Assembly: GCF_000400465.1 (NCBI RefSeq) | Contig: NW_008806277.1 | Location: 20,001 to 144,000 of the forward strand | Reading direction: 5' to 3' | From: Wallemia ichthyophaga EXF-994 | Lineage: Eukaryota > Fungi > Basidiomycota | Length of the DNA stretch: 124,000 nt | Part shown: positions 1-9,786 of the stretch, piece after piece | Position numbering within the stretch: position 1 is the stretch's first letter | Layout: each line of letters begins with the position of its first letter | Made by a program: the position numbers and the translations under genes | Notes under the pieces: generated by a model | The model's input: the letters and a program-made list of their open reading frames with translations, nothing else | Told to the model about the DNA's origin: nothing | Database searches by the model: none

Positions 1-984
1 TCGTATCCAATGACACTATCTAGGAACTGTTTCATTCCAATGGTTATAACAAGAGGCAGTGACCAAGTAGCAGTCAGTTCACGATTTGAGGTAAGGAACG
101 ACCCAGCCGTCGTCCGCAATTATGGACAGATGTTGATAGAATACTCGAAAGTTATTCCTGACGGTATAGTAGCCTTCTTTCCTAGTTATTTGTACATGGA
201 GAGTATAGTAAGTGCGTGGAATGAGATGCAAATACTCGATGAAGTGTGGAAGCACAAGCTTATTTTCGTTGAAACACCCGACGCACCCGAGACAAGCATA
301 GCATTAGAGAACTTCCGTAAAGCTTGCGATAATGGACGTGGAGCAGTTATGTTATCGGTGGCACGAGGGAAAGTGAGTGAAGGAATAGATTTTGATCATC
401 ATTTTGGTCGGGCTGTTATAATGTTTGGAGTTCCATACCAATACACAGAATCTCGTATACTCAAAGCTCGTTTAGAATACCTACGTGATAATCACAGAAT
501 ACGTGAATCAGATTTCTTAACTTTCGACGCAATGAGACACGCTGCGCAGTGTGTAGGTAGAGTTTTGAGAGGTAAATCTGATTACGGTTTGATGATCTTT
601 GCCGATAAGCGATTCGCGAGATCAGATAAAAGAGCAAAGTTACCACGTTGGATTAATCAATACATCGCTGAAACATCATCGAATCTTTCAACCGATATGG
701 CTATATCTCTCGCAAAGAGGTTTGTCAGGACTATGGCTCAACCATTTGATCATTCTCAAACTGGGGTCAGTTTGTGGACAATGGATCATGTTTTAGAGAG
801 ACAGAGGTTGGATAAGGAGAGTGATCTCGCAGCTGTAGCACTCACTGATAAAGATCATATGAACGTCGATGGAGTTGTTGACGGAGTTGCAGATGGAGTT
901 GGCGATTCTAGCGGTGATAGTGATATCGATGATACTGGTGGGATTGATGATAACGCATTGATAGATATCCCTATGACGCAGTAA
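1..984 (+). CDS. RAD3: TFIIH/NER DNA helicase XPD/Rad3, C-terminal part (5' truncated by window)
   Basis: Motifs [41 protein letters not shown] typical of the XPD helicase C-terminal domain. Confidence 0.97.
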   Translation, partial: SYPMTLSRNCFIPMVITRGSDQVAVSSRFEVRNDPAVVRNYGQMLIEYSKVIPDGIVAFFPSYLYMESIVSAWNEMQILDEVWKHKLIFVETPDAPETSIALENFRKACDNGRGAVMLSVARGKVSEGIDFDHHFGRAVIMFGVPYQYTESRILKARLEYLRDNHRIRESDFLTFDAMRHAAQCVGRVLRGKSDYGLMIFADKRFARSDKRAKLPRWINQYIAETSSNLSTDMAISLAKRFVRTMAQPFDHSQTGVSLWTMDHVLERQRLDKESDLAAVALTDKDHMNVDGVVDGVADGVGDSSGDSDIDDTGGIDDNALIDIPMTQ

Positions 985-1039
985 TTTAACTTATTAACAT
1001 ATATATACATTAGATACATTGTTTAAAGCAGACAATCCG

Positions 1040-1300
1040 TCAAAGTTCATCCCTTTTGACTCTCCTAGAATGAGGGAATTGTAATTCGACGGACTTGACG
1101 TGATTGTGAGACTCCAGTGCTGATCTGACGGATTCCAATACTTGCGTGCCTAGAGACTTGTCCACTCTGTACAATTGAGTATTTGGCAACTCGCCTACTT
1201 GACCAACTGGAACGGCGTTTGAGGGTGTCGGGGGAAGCGTAGAGCCCAATTGAACGATAATGGAAAGGTAGTTGTAATTGTTGTGATCAATTTCAGTCAT
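1040..1300 (-). CDS. Small protein resembling an isolated kexin/furin-type (S8) prodomain, ending RRVKRDEL
   Basis: 86-aa ORF from ATG 1300; VGQVGELPNTQLYRV segment and RVKR motif followed by DEL-stop; an alternative upstream ATG at 1339 overlaps the TRM112 ATG. Confidence 0.55.
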   Translation of the reverse strand: MTEIDHNNYNYLSIIVQLGSTLPPTPSNAVPVGQVGELPNTQLYRVDKSLGTQVLESVRSALESHNHVKSVELQFPHSRRVKRDEL

Positions 1301-1337
1301 CCTGTCTTTGACTTGTTCAACACCCTCATCCAACACC

Positions 1338-1768
1338 ATGGTCAGATTAATTACGCATAATATTTTGACATGTGCAGTGAAGGGTTGCGTCGATAGTGGG
1401 AAGAACTATCCACTAACATTTAAAAATGTCCAAGGAATTGAAATCAGAGAGCAGGAATTCAACGCTGACTTCATCAGAGCTTTCTTCCCTAAACTTGATT
1501 ATGGTGTATTGAAATCGACGTTGGAATCTGTAAGTAGATATTTAGTCCATTTTGATAATCTCACACAACCAAGCTCGGTGACGATTCACTCAAACTTGAT
1601 AGCGTGGAGGATATTGACGGACAACCAGAAGATTTCTTGAGACTGCTGCATAAGGTTCTTCTGGAGATGGATGTTACCCAGGGAGAGATGACGTGCGGTA
1701 ACTGCCAGCATAAATACCAAATCAATGAAGGTATTCCAAATATGCTACTTGGAGCAGATGAGATATAG
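1338..1768 (+). CDS. TRM112: Trm112 methyltransferase activator (2 exons)
   Basis: MVRLITHNILTC...FPKLDY; intron 1530-1573 GTAAGT...AAG; exon 2 LHKVLLEMDVTQGEMTCGNCQHKYQINEGIPNMLL. Confidence 0.95.
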
Positions 1769-1845
1769 TGGATTATAACATAGAACATGTATGAATATTT
1801 ATTTAAAACAGGCAACATATAATAACTAAACACAAAAAATAAATC

Positions 1846-3190
1846 CTACTTATCATCAGGGAGGGCATTAATACCAGTTCTAGATTGTGGTCTCGACACT
1901 GGTGGGCTTCCACTTGGAGTTGCTGAAGGTGACTGAGCAGGTGAAAGGACACCGACAGCTTGCATGAATCTCTCAGAGTGTGAAGATCTCCTAACCATAG
2001 GTCTTGCCATTTCAGGCATCGAAGGTAAACCCATCAATCTGTCTGCCATGTCTGCAGCGGTTGCACCTTGGTAGAGAAGATCGTATACAGCTTCAGCGAT
2101 TGGTGCTGACATCTCTATCCTGCCGAGCAATTCATGCACAGCATCGGCTGTGAACACACCCTCAGCAGTTGATCCGAGTGTTTCTAAGATATGGTCCAAT
2201 TTTTCACCCTCACCCAATCTCTTACCGACGGTGAAATTACGTGAGCTTTCAGATGAGCACGTCAGGAAGAGATCACCGACACCGGCCAGTGAGAGGAAAG
2301 TGAGTGGATCGGCGTTAAATGCAGTACCAATTTTTTGCATCTCTGCGCTAGCTCTGGTGACCAAGCCTGCTCTTGTGTTTTGTTGGAAACCTAATCCTGA
2401 TGCCACACCTGATGCTATGGCGTATACGTTCTTCAACGCACCAGCCAACTCGACACCGACAGGATCAGTGGATGAGAAGGTGAGGAAGTGTCCTTGGTGG
2501 AACACTTCACAAGCCTGTTCAGCGTGTTGTGCAGAGAAGGAAGCGATGGTTACTTGTGTTGGCATTCTCTGCACAATCTCCTTGGCAAATGAAGGTCCAG
2601 ATAAGAAAGTAGCAACTTTGGCAATATCCTTACCACACTCTCTTTCAATAATTTCAATTGGGAGGAAACAGCTACCTGACTCTATACCCTTATTGGCGAA
2701 TACGAGCAGAGGGGCTTTATCCTTCTTGGCTTCGAACAAAGGTATCAAGTTTTTCAGGACTGATGACATGGATTGTGATGGGATTGCCATGACAATGACG
2801 TTGTATAGAAGGAGATCTTCAAATGAAGGGAATTCAGGTCCGACAGCTTTCAGGTTCTTTGAGAATATGTGGTCGGTGAGATACTGTGAGTGTTTCAAAT
2901 GAGAAATCTATCGTGTAGGTAGAACGGGTGATACACACCTTTGGATTCTTGCGGTGAGTATTGAAAGACTCAACTACATCAGCGTTACGCGCCCAGATTC
3001 TAGTTTGGTGACCGATATCGGCCAAGTGGTCAGCTAAACAGCTACCGAAGGAGCCGGAGCCGAGAACGAGAACTCTCTTGTATCCAACGGAAGGAATGGA
3101 TAGTTTGCGCTTGAATGAAGATGATCTTGAGAGTGAAGGCTTCTCGTCACCGCCAACAGGTGTCATTGATTGAAGTGGTTCGAATGGCAT
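1846..3190 (-). CDS. GPD: NAD-dependent glycerol-3-phosphate dehydrogenase (GpsA-like type), intron near 2899-2940
   Basis: GSGSFG Rossmann motif, GPSFAKE, ELAGALKNVYAIASG, AGVGDLFLTCSS. Confidence 0.95.
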
Positions 3191-3646
3191 CTTTGATTAT
3201 TTAATGGGAGTTGAATTGGCTATACTACTACTTACAATTTCAGTTTATCGTCTGCGTGGGATTAAATTGTGTTGATCAGTTGATTGTCTACTTACAACGG
3301 ATCCAAGTGCTGTACTTGTTAAATAAATTGTTCAAATCCTTTAAGTATTTCGCTTACAGTTTTTAAATAAAGCTCAAGTAATTGTCAATATTCAAGAGAA
3401 TTTAACGTTGGAACCCAAGCGACGCGATGATGTCACGATCAAAAGAGGTACCAAATACGTTTTTGGAAATCGCTGAAGATATTTGATTGATAAAGATATA
3501 GTTGATCTCCGCGCATTGACAGATACAGTTCCGAACGCCTCCGAGAAGCTTTTTGTGTGATTCTAATTGGAGGTGTTCATCGGGATTACTCGGTAATATT
3601 CGTATTACGCAATAGATAACTCACGCATTATCACCAAATAACTTAT

Positions 3647-5878
3647 TCAAAGTAGTATATTACACAATTCGGGTTCGTAGTCTGTTGAATTTGGTAAAAC
3701 ATTCAGTGGTATCTGGCATTGAATCAGCTCTTCCTTCCCTTTTCCATCCCCGCCTCCTAATCTATCCTGCGACCTGAACGAGTTGGGTATGTGATCCACG
3801 TTGACAAGGTGATTTACACTTTTCGCGCAAAATCCATTACCGAGATTGAGATTAGTAGTAGATGGGGAAGATGGCGTTGATGTTGAGCTTGAGGATGTGA
3901 ATGGAGTGCGTGGCATAGGCTGAAGAATTGGCGTGGGTAGTGGGGATGAATCGAGGCTGCCTATTGATGGTCTGGGTGAGAGTGCTTGCGGGTCCTCCAC
4001 AATTACTGGTATTATTACTAAAAATGACAGCTTGATAATCCACTTTACTTCAACTGAATTTTGGTCATGTGTTAGATACTTTTATTGTAACTTGTCTTCC
4101 TACTTACAGATAGATGTCTTGAAATCTGATGATTGGTGTGAAGGTACATCAAGCGAAAAACCTATTTCGGACAAGTCGATTGCGAGAGGTTGATGAAATT
4201 CTGAATGTACTTTACGCGTAGCGTTTATCGTATGCTTTTGATTGAGGTTTGCATAATTCTCATTCGCAATTTCGTGACTTTCCAGTGTAGCTGATAACTG
4301 TTGTAAAATTAGCACATAATACCACAAACTTGAAGACAAACCGACCTTCAAAACCTTACCGCACATAGTATTGGGTTTATTTATTGATATCTTACCCAAC
4401 ACACTCTCACCCAATCTAAATGTAGACTTGACTATGGAGAGAATAGCGATATTGAGATCATCCTTGGTGATTTCGTAGGTGACCTTCTGTGAGTTCCTCG
4501 AACTAATTCCTATTGCTGTACGACATTGCTCACTGACCCTGGTGCCAATATCTGCATTTTCAAAAGGACCGTCGTATCCGGACGAATTAGTTGAACTACT
4601 CCTTTGCATTGAGTCGTAAGTTGTTAAATAAAGCTTTTGTGCGTATTTGTAAGCCTTTTCGAAGCAGCTGTTTGAGGGTGTGTTTGATGGTGGGGTGTTT
4701 GTTGGGGTATTTGCTTTGACTACCTGCTTGTCAGCACCACTGCCATAACCAACGTCACCACCCTTCACTATCGCTTCTTCGTTGATTTCCATTATAGGTT
4801 TGAGGACATCAAACCTCCTGCTTTCCTCATCAATTGTGACATTTGGGAGTACTTTTATTGGTATTTTGATAACGCGAGCATTTCCATTTTGTTTATTAGT
4901 ACCTACAACAAACTCGTAGGTTATTTTACCAATTTTGCCGTGATAGCTGGGTGGTAAAGTTATCGGCAGAGTGTGTTGAAAAGTGATTGTGGTGTCTTGG
5001 TTAGGTGAAAGCACTTTATCAACAACCAAGACAGATCTCCTAGTTTCCCAAATCGATAGTGTTGTGTTGGAGGTGTCGTTTGAGTTTGACGAGTTGTTGA
5101 GGTGGTTGAACCAGTTCGTGAGGCTGAAATTGAACAGTGTACTGCTGCGTTTGTGGGGATTTGCTTTTACATCGTCCAGGACACCTCCACCGAGTACATT
5201 TGACGATCTGCGGTTAGTCATGGTGCTCCTCTTTATCAGCGAGCGATTGAGCTCAATTTTGCCACAAAGTTGAGCAGTCGCCCATAGAATCTTCTCGTGG
5301 TTCGGAAGTAGGGGTGTTTTGAGGTTGCGATTCAGTTTATGATAGGTTGAGTTATCCTGCATGGTAGAAGATGTGGGAGTGGGAGTGGAAAGGTTTGAAG
5401 CTTTGCGCGTGTGGGGATGCCTCCAAGGGAGGTTTGGAGAGCGTGTGGGTGATTGTGTGGAGTTAATTGACAATGAAGAAGGTGAAGAGGAAGAAGAGGG
5501 TGGTGAGGGTGAGGACAGCGTCTCAGCAGATGAGAATCGCTTTGAGAGGTCAATTGATTGTACTTGTCTGTTGTGTCGTAAAGTAGAAGGCCTGCCTTTA
5601 CCAATACCAACGTCATTCTGAGGTACAGGATCAGAATTCTTACCAACGAGACCACATCTTGATGGAGGTTGTTTGAGTTGTGCCTGCTGTGCGCGTGTGT
5701 TACTCAGTACACCGCCATTGTTATGATTCGTGGATACGGACAGAGACCTTTGATGTGCGTGTGGAGATGGAATTGTTGATTGTGGCTGAGAATTTATAAA
5801 TTTAAGCGTGAATGTTATCTTATCGCCTGCAAAGTAGTAGTATTTATCAGATTTAATTTCAACGCGTAATCCATCCAT
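3647..5878 (-). CDS. RGP1: Rgp1 subunit of the Ric1-Rgp1 Rab6/Ypt6 GEF (multi-exon)
   Basis: N-terminal VEIKSDKYYYFAGDKITFTLKF, FQHTLPITLPPSYHGK, KSTFRLGESVLG and C-terminal CQIPLNVLP. Confidence 0.8.
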
Positions 5879-6094
5879 TAGTAGGTATTTATATATATCG
5901 CTATAATCCTGTGTTTTTGCAAAATACGGCTATCAAATAATATACTTGAAATTTTAAGCTTATTATTTACGTACTTGTTGGTGAGTGGTGCAGGGGTGCC
6001 GGTGCAGATCGTATTTCATAATAAATTACAAAATTGTTTAAAATTGTTTCGTTAAATCCAGAGTCATTGAGGGTGTTGTAGTAATATATACCAC

Positions 6095-6484
6095 CTACTG
6101 ACGCCCCGCCGCCTTTCTGAACTCCTCTTTGTATTCGTTTAATGAAGAATCCTTGTTTGAGAGCCTGTCTGCCCAAGTCTGTGAAGCAAACTTACGTTCG
6201 CCCTTGGTGGAATCAGCTTTCGACATGAAGAAGAATCCTGCGACGACGACGATTGAGCCGATAATTCCTGCGAGCTGTGGAGTGTTAGTGCGGTACTTAC
6301 GAACCTTAATCCCTTAAGAAAACCCACCGGATAAAGTGATGGGTCACGCTTTGCGAACTTGTTGAAAGTCTTCGCCGTATCACGAGCGCTCTTTTGTGGC
6401 TGATTGTTTGTACCTGGTGGCTGGTGTGGGTGTGAGCGGTAAATATCGTATAGTTATACCAATTCCCACCTGTGGCGATGACAT
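6095..6484 (-). CDS. Small single-TM protein, NDUFA4/B12D(MLRQ)-like; 3 exons, absent from the ORF track
   Basis: Spliced by eye: MSSPQ|PPGTNNQPQKSARDTAKTFNKFAKRDPSLYP|LAGIIGSIVVVAGFFFMSKADS...RKAAGRQ* with two GT-AG introns. Confidence 0.65.
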
Positions 6485-6780
6485 TATTGGTAGTGTGGAA
6501 TCAAGAAGTAGTTGTAGCCAATTTAAGTTTATATTTTGTAGTTATTTACGGTAAAATTTAAATCCATCCATTCATCATTCAGTCTTTACTCTATTCTTCT
6601 AACTACCCTGCTTCTCTGCGTGTTGCCACCCATTCTTGTGGATTTCTGACGTCATCCCGGAAAACTCAATTGGCGCCGACTTACCTTAAATAAACTTTTT
6701 GTTCGTATAGGGATCATCAGACTCTGCCCCTGAATCACCTAGCTATCGCTCACTCTCAAGTTTCAACCACCAACAACTGA

Positions 6781-7063
6781 ATGCATCCACATCTGTACAC
6801 AGACGACAAGCAAGCAGGTGAGCTGGTCAATGCACATGGCAATCGATTCACTTAAATTAAAATAAGCTTGCGGTGATGTTATTCGCCAGTTACAAGAGTG
6901 CAGAGACAAAGGTTGGTTGAATAGGCTGAGCGGGGCATGCAATCCCATCGACAAGGCGCTTGGAAAGTGCTTGCGGGAAGAGAGGATCGATAGGACGCGT
7001 AGAAATCTGGAAAAGTCAAAAGAGCGCAACAGGAAGAAGCAAGAGGCGTGGAGTAGCTTGTAG
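6781..7063 (+). CDS. CMC2: COX assembly mitochondrial protein Cmc2 (twin CX9C); 2 exons, absent from the ORF track
   Basis: MHPHLYTDDKQA|ACGDVIRQLQECRDKGWLNRLSGACNPIDKALGKCLREERIDRTRRN; GTGAGC...AAG intron. Confidence 0.9.
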
Positions 7064-7073
7064 AAGACACCAT

Positions 7074-7874
7074 TTATAAGTGCAGAATGACGACTCTGTT
7101 GATTCTGTCGTTAAATGGGTCTTCTATAAGCTCCACATTGGCTACACCACTCTGCTTGGCCAGCTTTACCACCAATTGAGCCTGATTATAACCAACTTCC
7201 ATCCAAACTTGTTTGTTAAACGCATCCTTGAGTAAATAGATCATTCTCTTATAAAACACCAGTCCGTATTCATCTCCCCCAGCGAGTAGTGCATCTTTAT
7301 CCTCCCAATCCCGGACTTCTGAGTGCAGTGTCTTGTAATCGCGTTGAGTAATGTAAGGTGGATTGATAGTAATAACATTGTAGCTGCTGAGGTCTATAGA
7401 TTCACTGAGAATGTCCATCTGCTTCACCTCGAACCTCTCGAGCTGCTCCTTGGTGAGATTGTTACGTGCGTTGATTGTAGCTAGCTTGCACGCCTTGGGT
7501 GAGCTGTCCACTACCACGACGCTATCGCAGTGCAGCTCCTTAGCAATACTCACACCAATGCACCCACTCCCTGTACACAGATCTAGCACTCTAAGCTGTC
7601 TATTATCACAAAATCGCGCGATTAGTTTGTCTACCCAGAATTCTGTCTCCTGGCGTGGAATAAGCGTTGGTGGAATACACTGAATCACTGCACTATTGAA
7701 TGGCTGGTTGCCTATAACGAATTGCAGCGGTTTCCCCGATAGTCGCTGTCCCAGTTTGAATACAGCCTCTTTGCCACTCCTACAGCTCTGTCTAACCCAT
7801 CTAATCTCATTGTACGCGTCTGCGCTGCCAAAGCTATCCACCATTCTCCGCGTTACAGTTAGCCGCCTTCTCAT
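7074..7874 (-). CDS. MTQ1: HemK/PrmC release-factor glutamine methyltransferase (mitochondrial Mtq1-like)
   Basis: LIPRQETE, VLDLCTGSGCIG, NPPY motifs. Confidence 0.92.
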   Translation of the reverse strand: MRRRLTVTRRMVDSFGSADAYNEIRWVRQSCRSGKEAVFKLGQRLSGKPLQFVIGNQPFNSAVIQCIPPTLIPRQETEFWVDKLIARFCDNRQLRVLDLCTGSGCIGVSIAKELHCDSVVVVDSSPKACKLATINARNNLTKEQLERFEVKQMDILSESIDLSSYNVITINPPYITQRDYKTLHSEVRDWEDKDALLAGGDEYGLVFYKRMIYLLKDAFNKQVWMEVGYNQAQLVVKLAKQSGVANVELIEDPFNDRINRVVILHL

Positions 7875-7929
7875 TGGTTGGTTGTTGTACCGGTACTGTC
7901 ACCACTGCCATTACCAACACACCAACACC

Positions 7930-9108
7930 ATGAGAATCACGCCTTCCCAGCTCAAGAACGCCTCCCCCACCGCCGTCGTTATGATGAACATGGGTGGTCC
8001 CGCCACACTCGACAACGTTCACTCATTCCTCTCAAACCTCTTCCACGATAAGGATCTAATCCCGCTGCCATTCCAATCAATTCTCGCCCCTAGAATCGCC
8101 AATAGACGTACACCCAAGATAAAGCAGCAGTACAAAGAAATCGGCGGCGGCTCACCCATCCTCCATTGGACACAGCGTCAGGGCGATGAAATGGTGAAGC
8201 TGCTGGACGAGCTCTCTCCTGCTACAGCCCCGCATAAGCCCTACATCGCATTCAGATATGTCGATCCTCTCACAAAAGACACGCTCGCGCAAATGAAACA
8301 CGATGGCGTCACTCGCGCTGTAGCGTTCACGCAATACCCCCAATACTCGTGCAGCACCACTGGGAGCAGTTTGAATGAGCTCTATCGCCAGATTCATGCG
8401 CTGGGCATAGACAAGGATATAAACTGGTCCATTATTGACAGATGGCCCAACCACCCACTCCTAGTTGAAGCTTTTGCGGAGAATGTCGCCAAGTCTTTGC
8501 GTAAGTATGCTCCTGAAGAACGTGGCAAAATCCCCATTCTCTTCTCTGCTCACTCGCTTCCGATGAGTGTGGTGAACAGGGGAGATCCGTATCCAGCAGA
8601 GGTAGCGTCTACGGTGCAAGCGGTAGTTAGTCGACTGCCTGGCCTCACTGGCCATACCAACCCACACCGACTCACCTGGCAGTCCCAAGTCGGGCCATCC
8701 GCCTGGCTCGGCCAGCAGACCTCCGATGCTATACAAGGTCTGCGCCGTCTCGGCTACACAAAGGCCCTCGTCGTCCCTATTGCTTTTACATCTGACCATA
8801 TTGAGACGCTGTACGAACTAGATCTCGAGTGCGTCGAGGAGGCTCGCGAGATCGGTCTCCAACTCGACCGCGTGGACAGCCTGAATGATAGCCCTGCTTT
8901 CGTGCGCGCTATCGCCGACCTCGCCGCTGAGCATCTGGGTAGTGTCTATCAGAATAAAGTGACAGACATCAGCCATACTGGTTACGTCGGCGGTTGGGTC
9001 CCGGGTCACCCTACCTCCACTCAATTCGCTCTCAGGTGTCCAGGATGCACCAATGATGTCTGCCTCAAACAGAAAAATTTCTTCAATCGCGGTAGTAGTG
9101 TTATATAG
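7930..9108 (+). CDS. HEM15: Ferrochelatase
   Basis: MNMGGP, QYKEIGGGSPIL, FTQYPQYSCSTTGSS, FSAHSLPM, SDHIETLYELD, C-terminal Cys motif; first ATG at 7930. Confidence 0.97.
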   Translation: MRITPSQLKNASPTAVVMMNMGGPATLDNVHSFLSNLFHDKDLIPLPFQSILAPRIANRRTPKIKQQYKEIGGGSPILHWTQRQGDEMVKLLDELSPATAPHKPYIAFRYVDPLTKDTLAQMKHDGVTRAVAFTQYPQYSCSTTGSSLNELYRQIHALGIDKDINWSIIDRWPNHPLLVEAFAENVAKSLRKYAPEERGKIPILFSAHSLPMSVVNRGDPYPAEVASTVQAVVSRLPGLTGHTNPHRLTWQSQVGPSAWLGQQTSDAIQGLRRLGYTKALVVPIAFTSDHIETLYELDLECVEEAREIGLQLDRVDSLNDSPAFVRAIADLAAEHLGSVYQNKVTDISHTGYVGGWVPGHPTSTQFALRCPGCTNDVCLKQKNFFNRGSSVI

Positions 9109-9631
9109 ATATTTCCTTCCTTCTTTTCATGAAATCTGCTTATACCTTGTGCGCTCAAGTTAAAATTGTTTTGCAAAGTATTTTGATATATAGAAATCAT
9201 AGTATGTAGTCAAAAGCTTTACAAATATTGATAATCTTCGCCTATCCATACTTCTTGTACATTGATAGCTAACGATTTTAGTGACTCAAAGGGATGCGGT
9301 TCTTGGCATGTGTGCCGTAAGTTGGGAGGTAACTACGTGGAGCTACCGAAGGCGCGCGGGTGGGTGTTGAGCTGGTTTTTGAAGAACTCGTAAAGGGTTT
9401 GTAGAGAGTGTGAGTTTCTGAGTAATGAACCTAATCCGAACTGAATATTTATCTTGGTAATTTTTCTTCATAATGTGATTTTGGCCATTATATGTCTTTT
9501 ATATATGAAAATTCTATGTGAGATGGTGTCCTCTGTGCCACAAGCATTGCATTGAGGTGAAGCAATCAATATGAAAACGTACAATGACTTGATTTTATGA
9601 ATATTTGCGTACACCTTTTGCGTTTCAATTG

Positions 9632-9637
9632 TATATA
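9632..9637 (+). promoter_or_regulatory. TATA-like element upstream of the permuted tRNA (copy 2 at 14268-14273)
   Basis: GTATATATTTTT about 55 nt upstream of the 3' half; function inferred. Confidence 0.5.
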
Positions 9638-9692
9638 TTTTTAAGCTGCAAAGGAATTCTCAGTTCAAAATAACTCAACGGGAGTAGCTGAT

Positions 9693-9768
9693 ATCGAAAG
9701 GTTGCAGGTTCGAGCCCTGCGTCGGTCACCACGGCCGGCTGGCTCAATGGTAGAGTATTCGACTACGG
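9693..9768 (+). tRNA. tRNA-Arg(ACG): Circularly permuted tRNA-Arg(ACG): 3' half 9693-9728, linker CCAC 9729-9732, 5' half 9733-9768
   Basis: Rejoined halves give a 72-nt cloverleaf: acceptor GGCCGGC/GTCGGTC+A, D stem GCTC/GAGT, anticodon stem TTCGA/TCGAA with loop CTACGGA, T arm GCAGG-TTCGAGC-CCTGC. Confidence 0.9.
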
Positions 9769-9779
9769 CATTGAAATAA

Positions 9780-9786
9780 TTTTTTT
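9780..9786 (+). terminator. Pol III oligo-T terminator after the 5' half of the permuted tRNA (copy 2 at 14416-14422)
   Basis: T7 run 11 nt after G37. Confidence 0.75.

Noticed and set aside
3425-3478. Possible C/D box snoRNA (ATGATG...CTGA with short stem)
   Set aside because: Imperfect C box, short, and no guide complementarity recognised
7074-9108. HemK next to ferrochelatase as a heme gene cluster
   Set aside because: HemK/Mtq1 is a release-factor methyltransferase unrelated to heme synthesis; the adjacency is best explained by genome compaction
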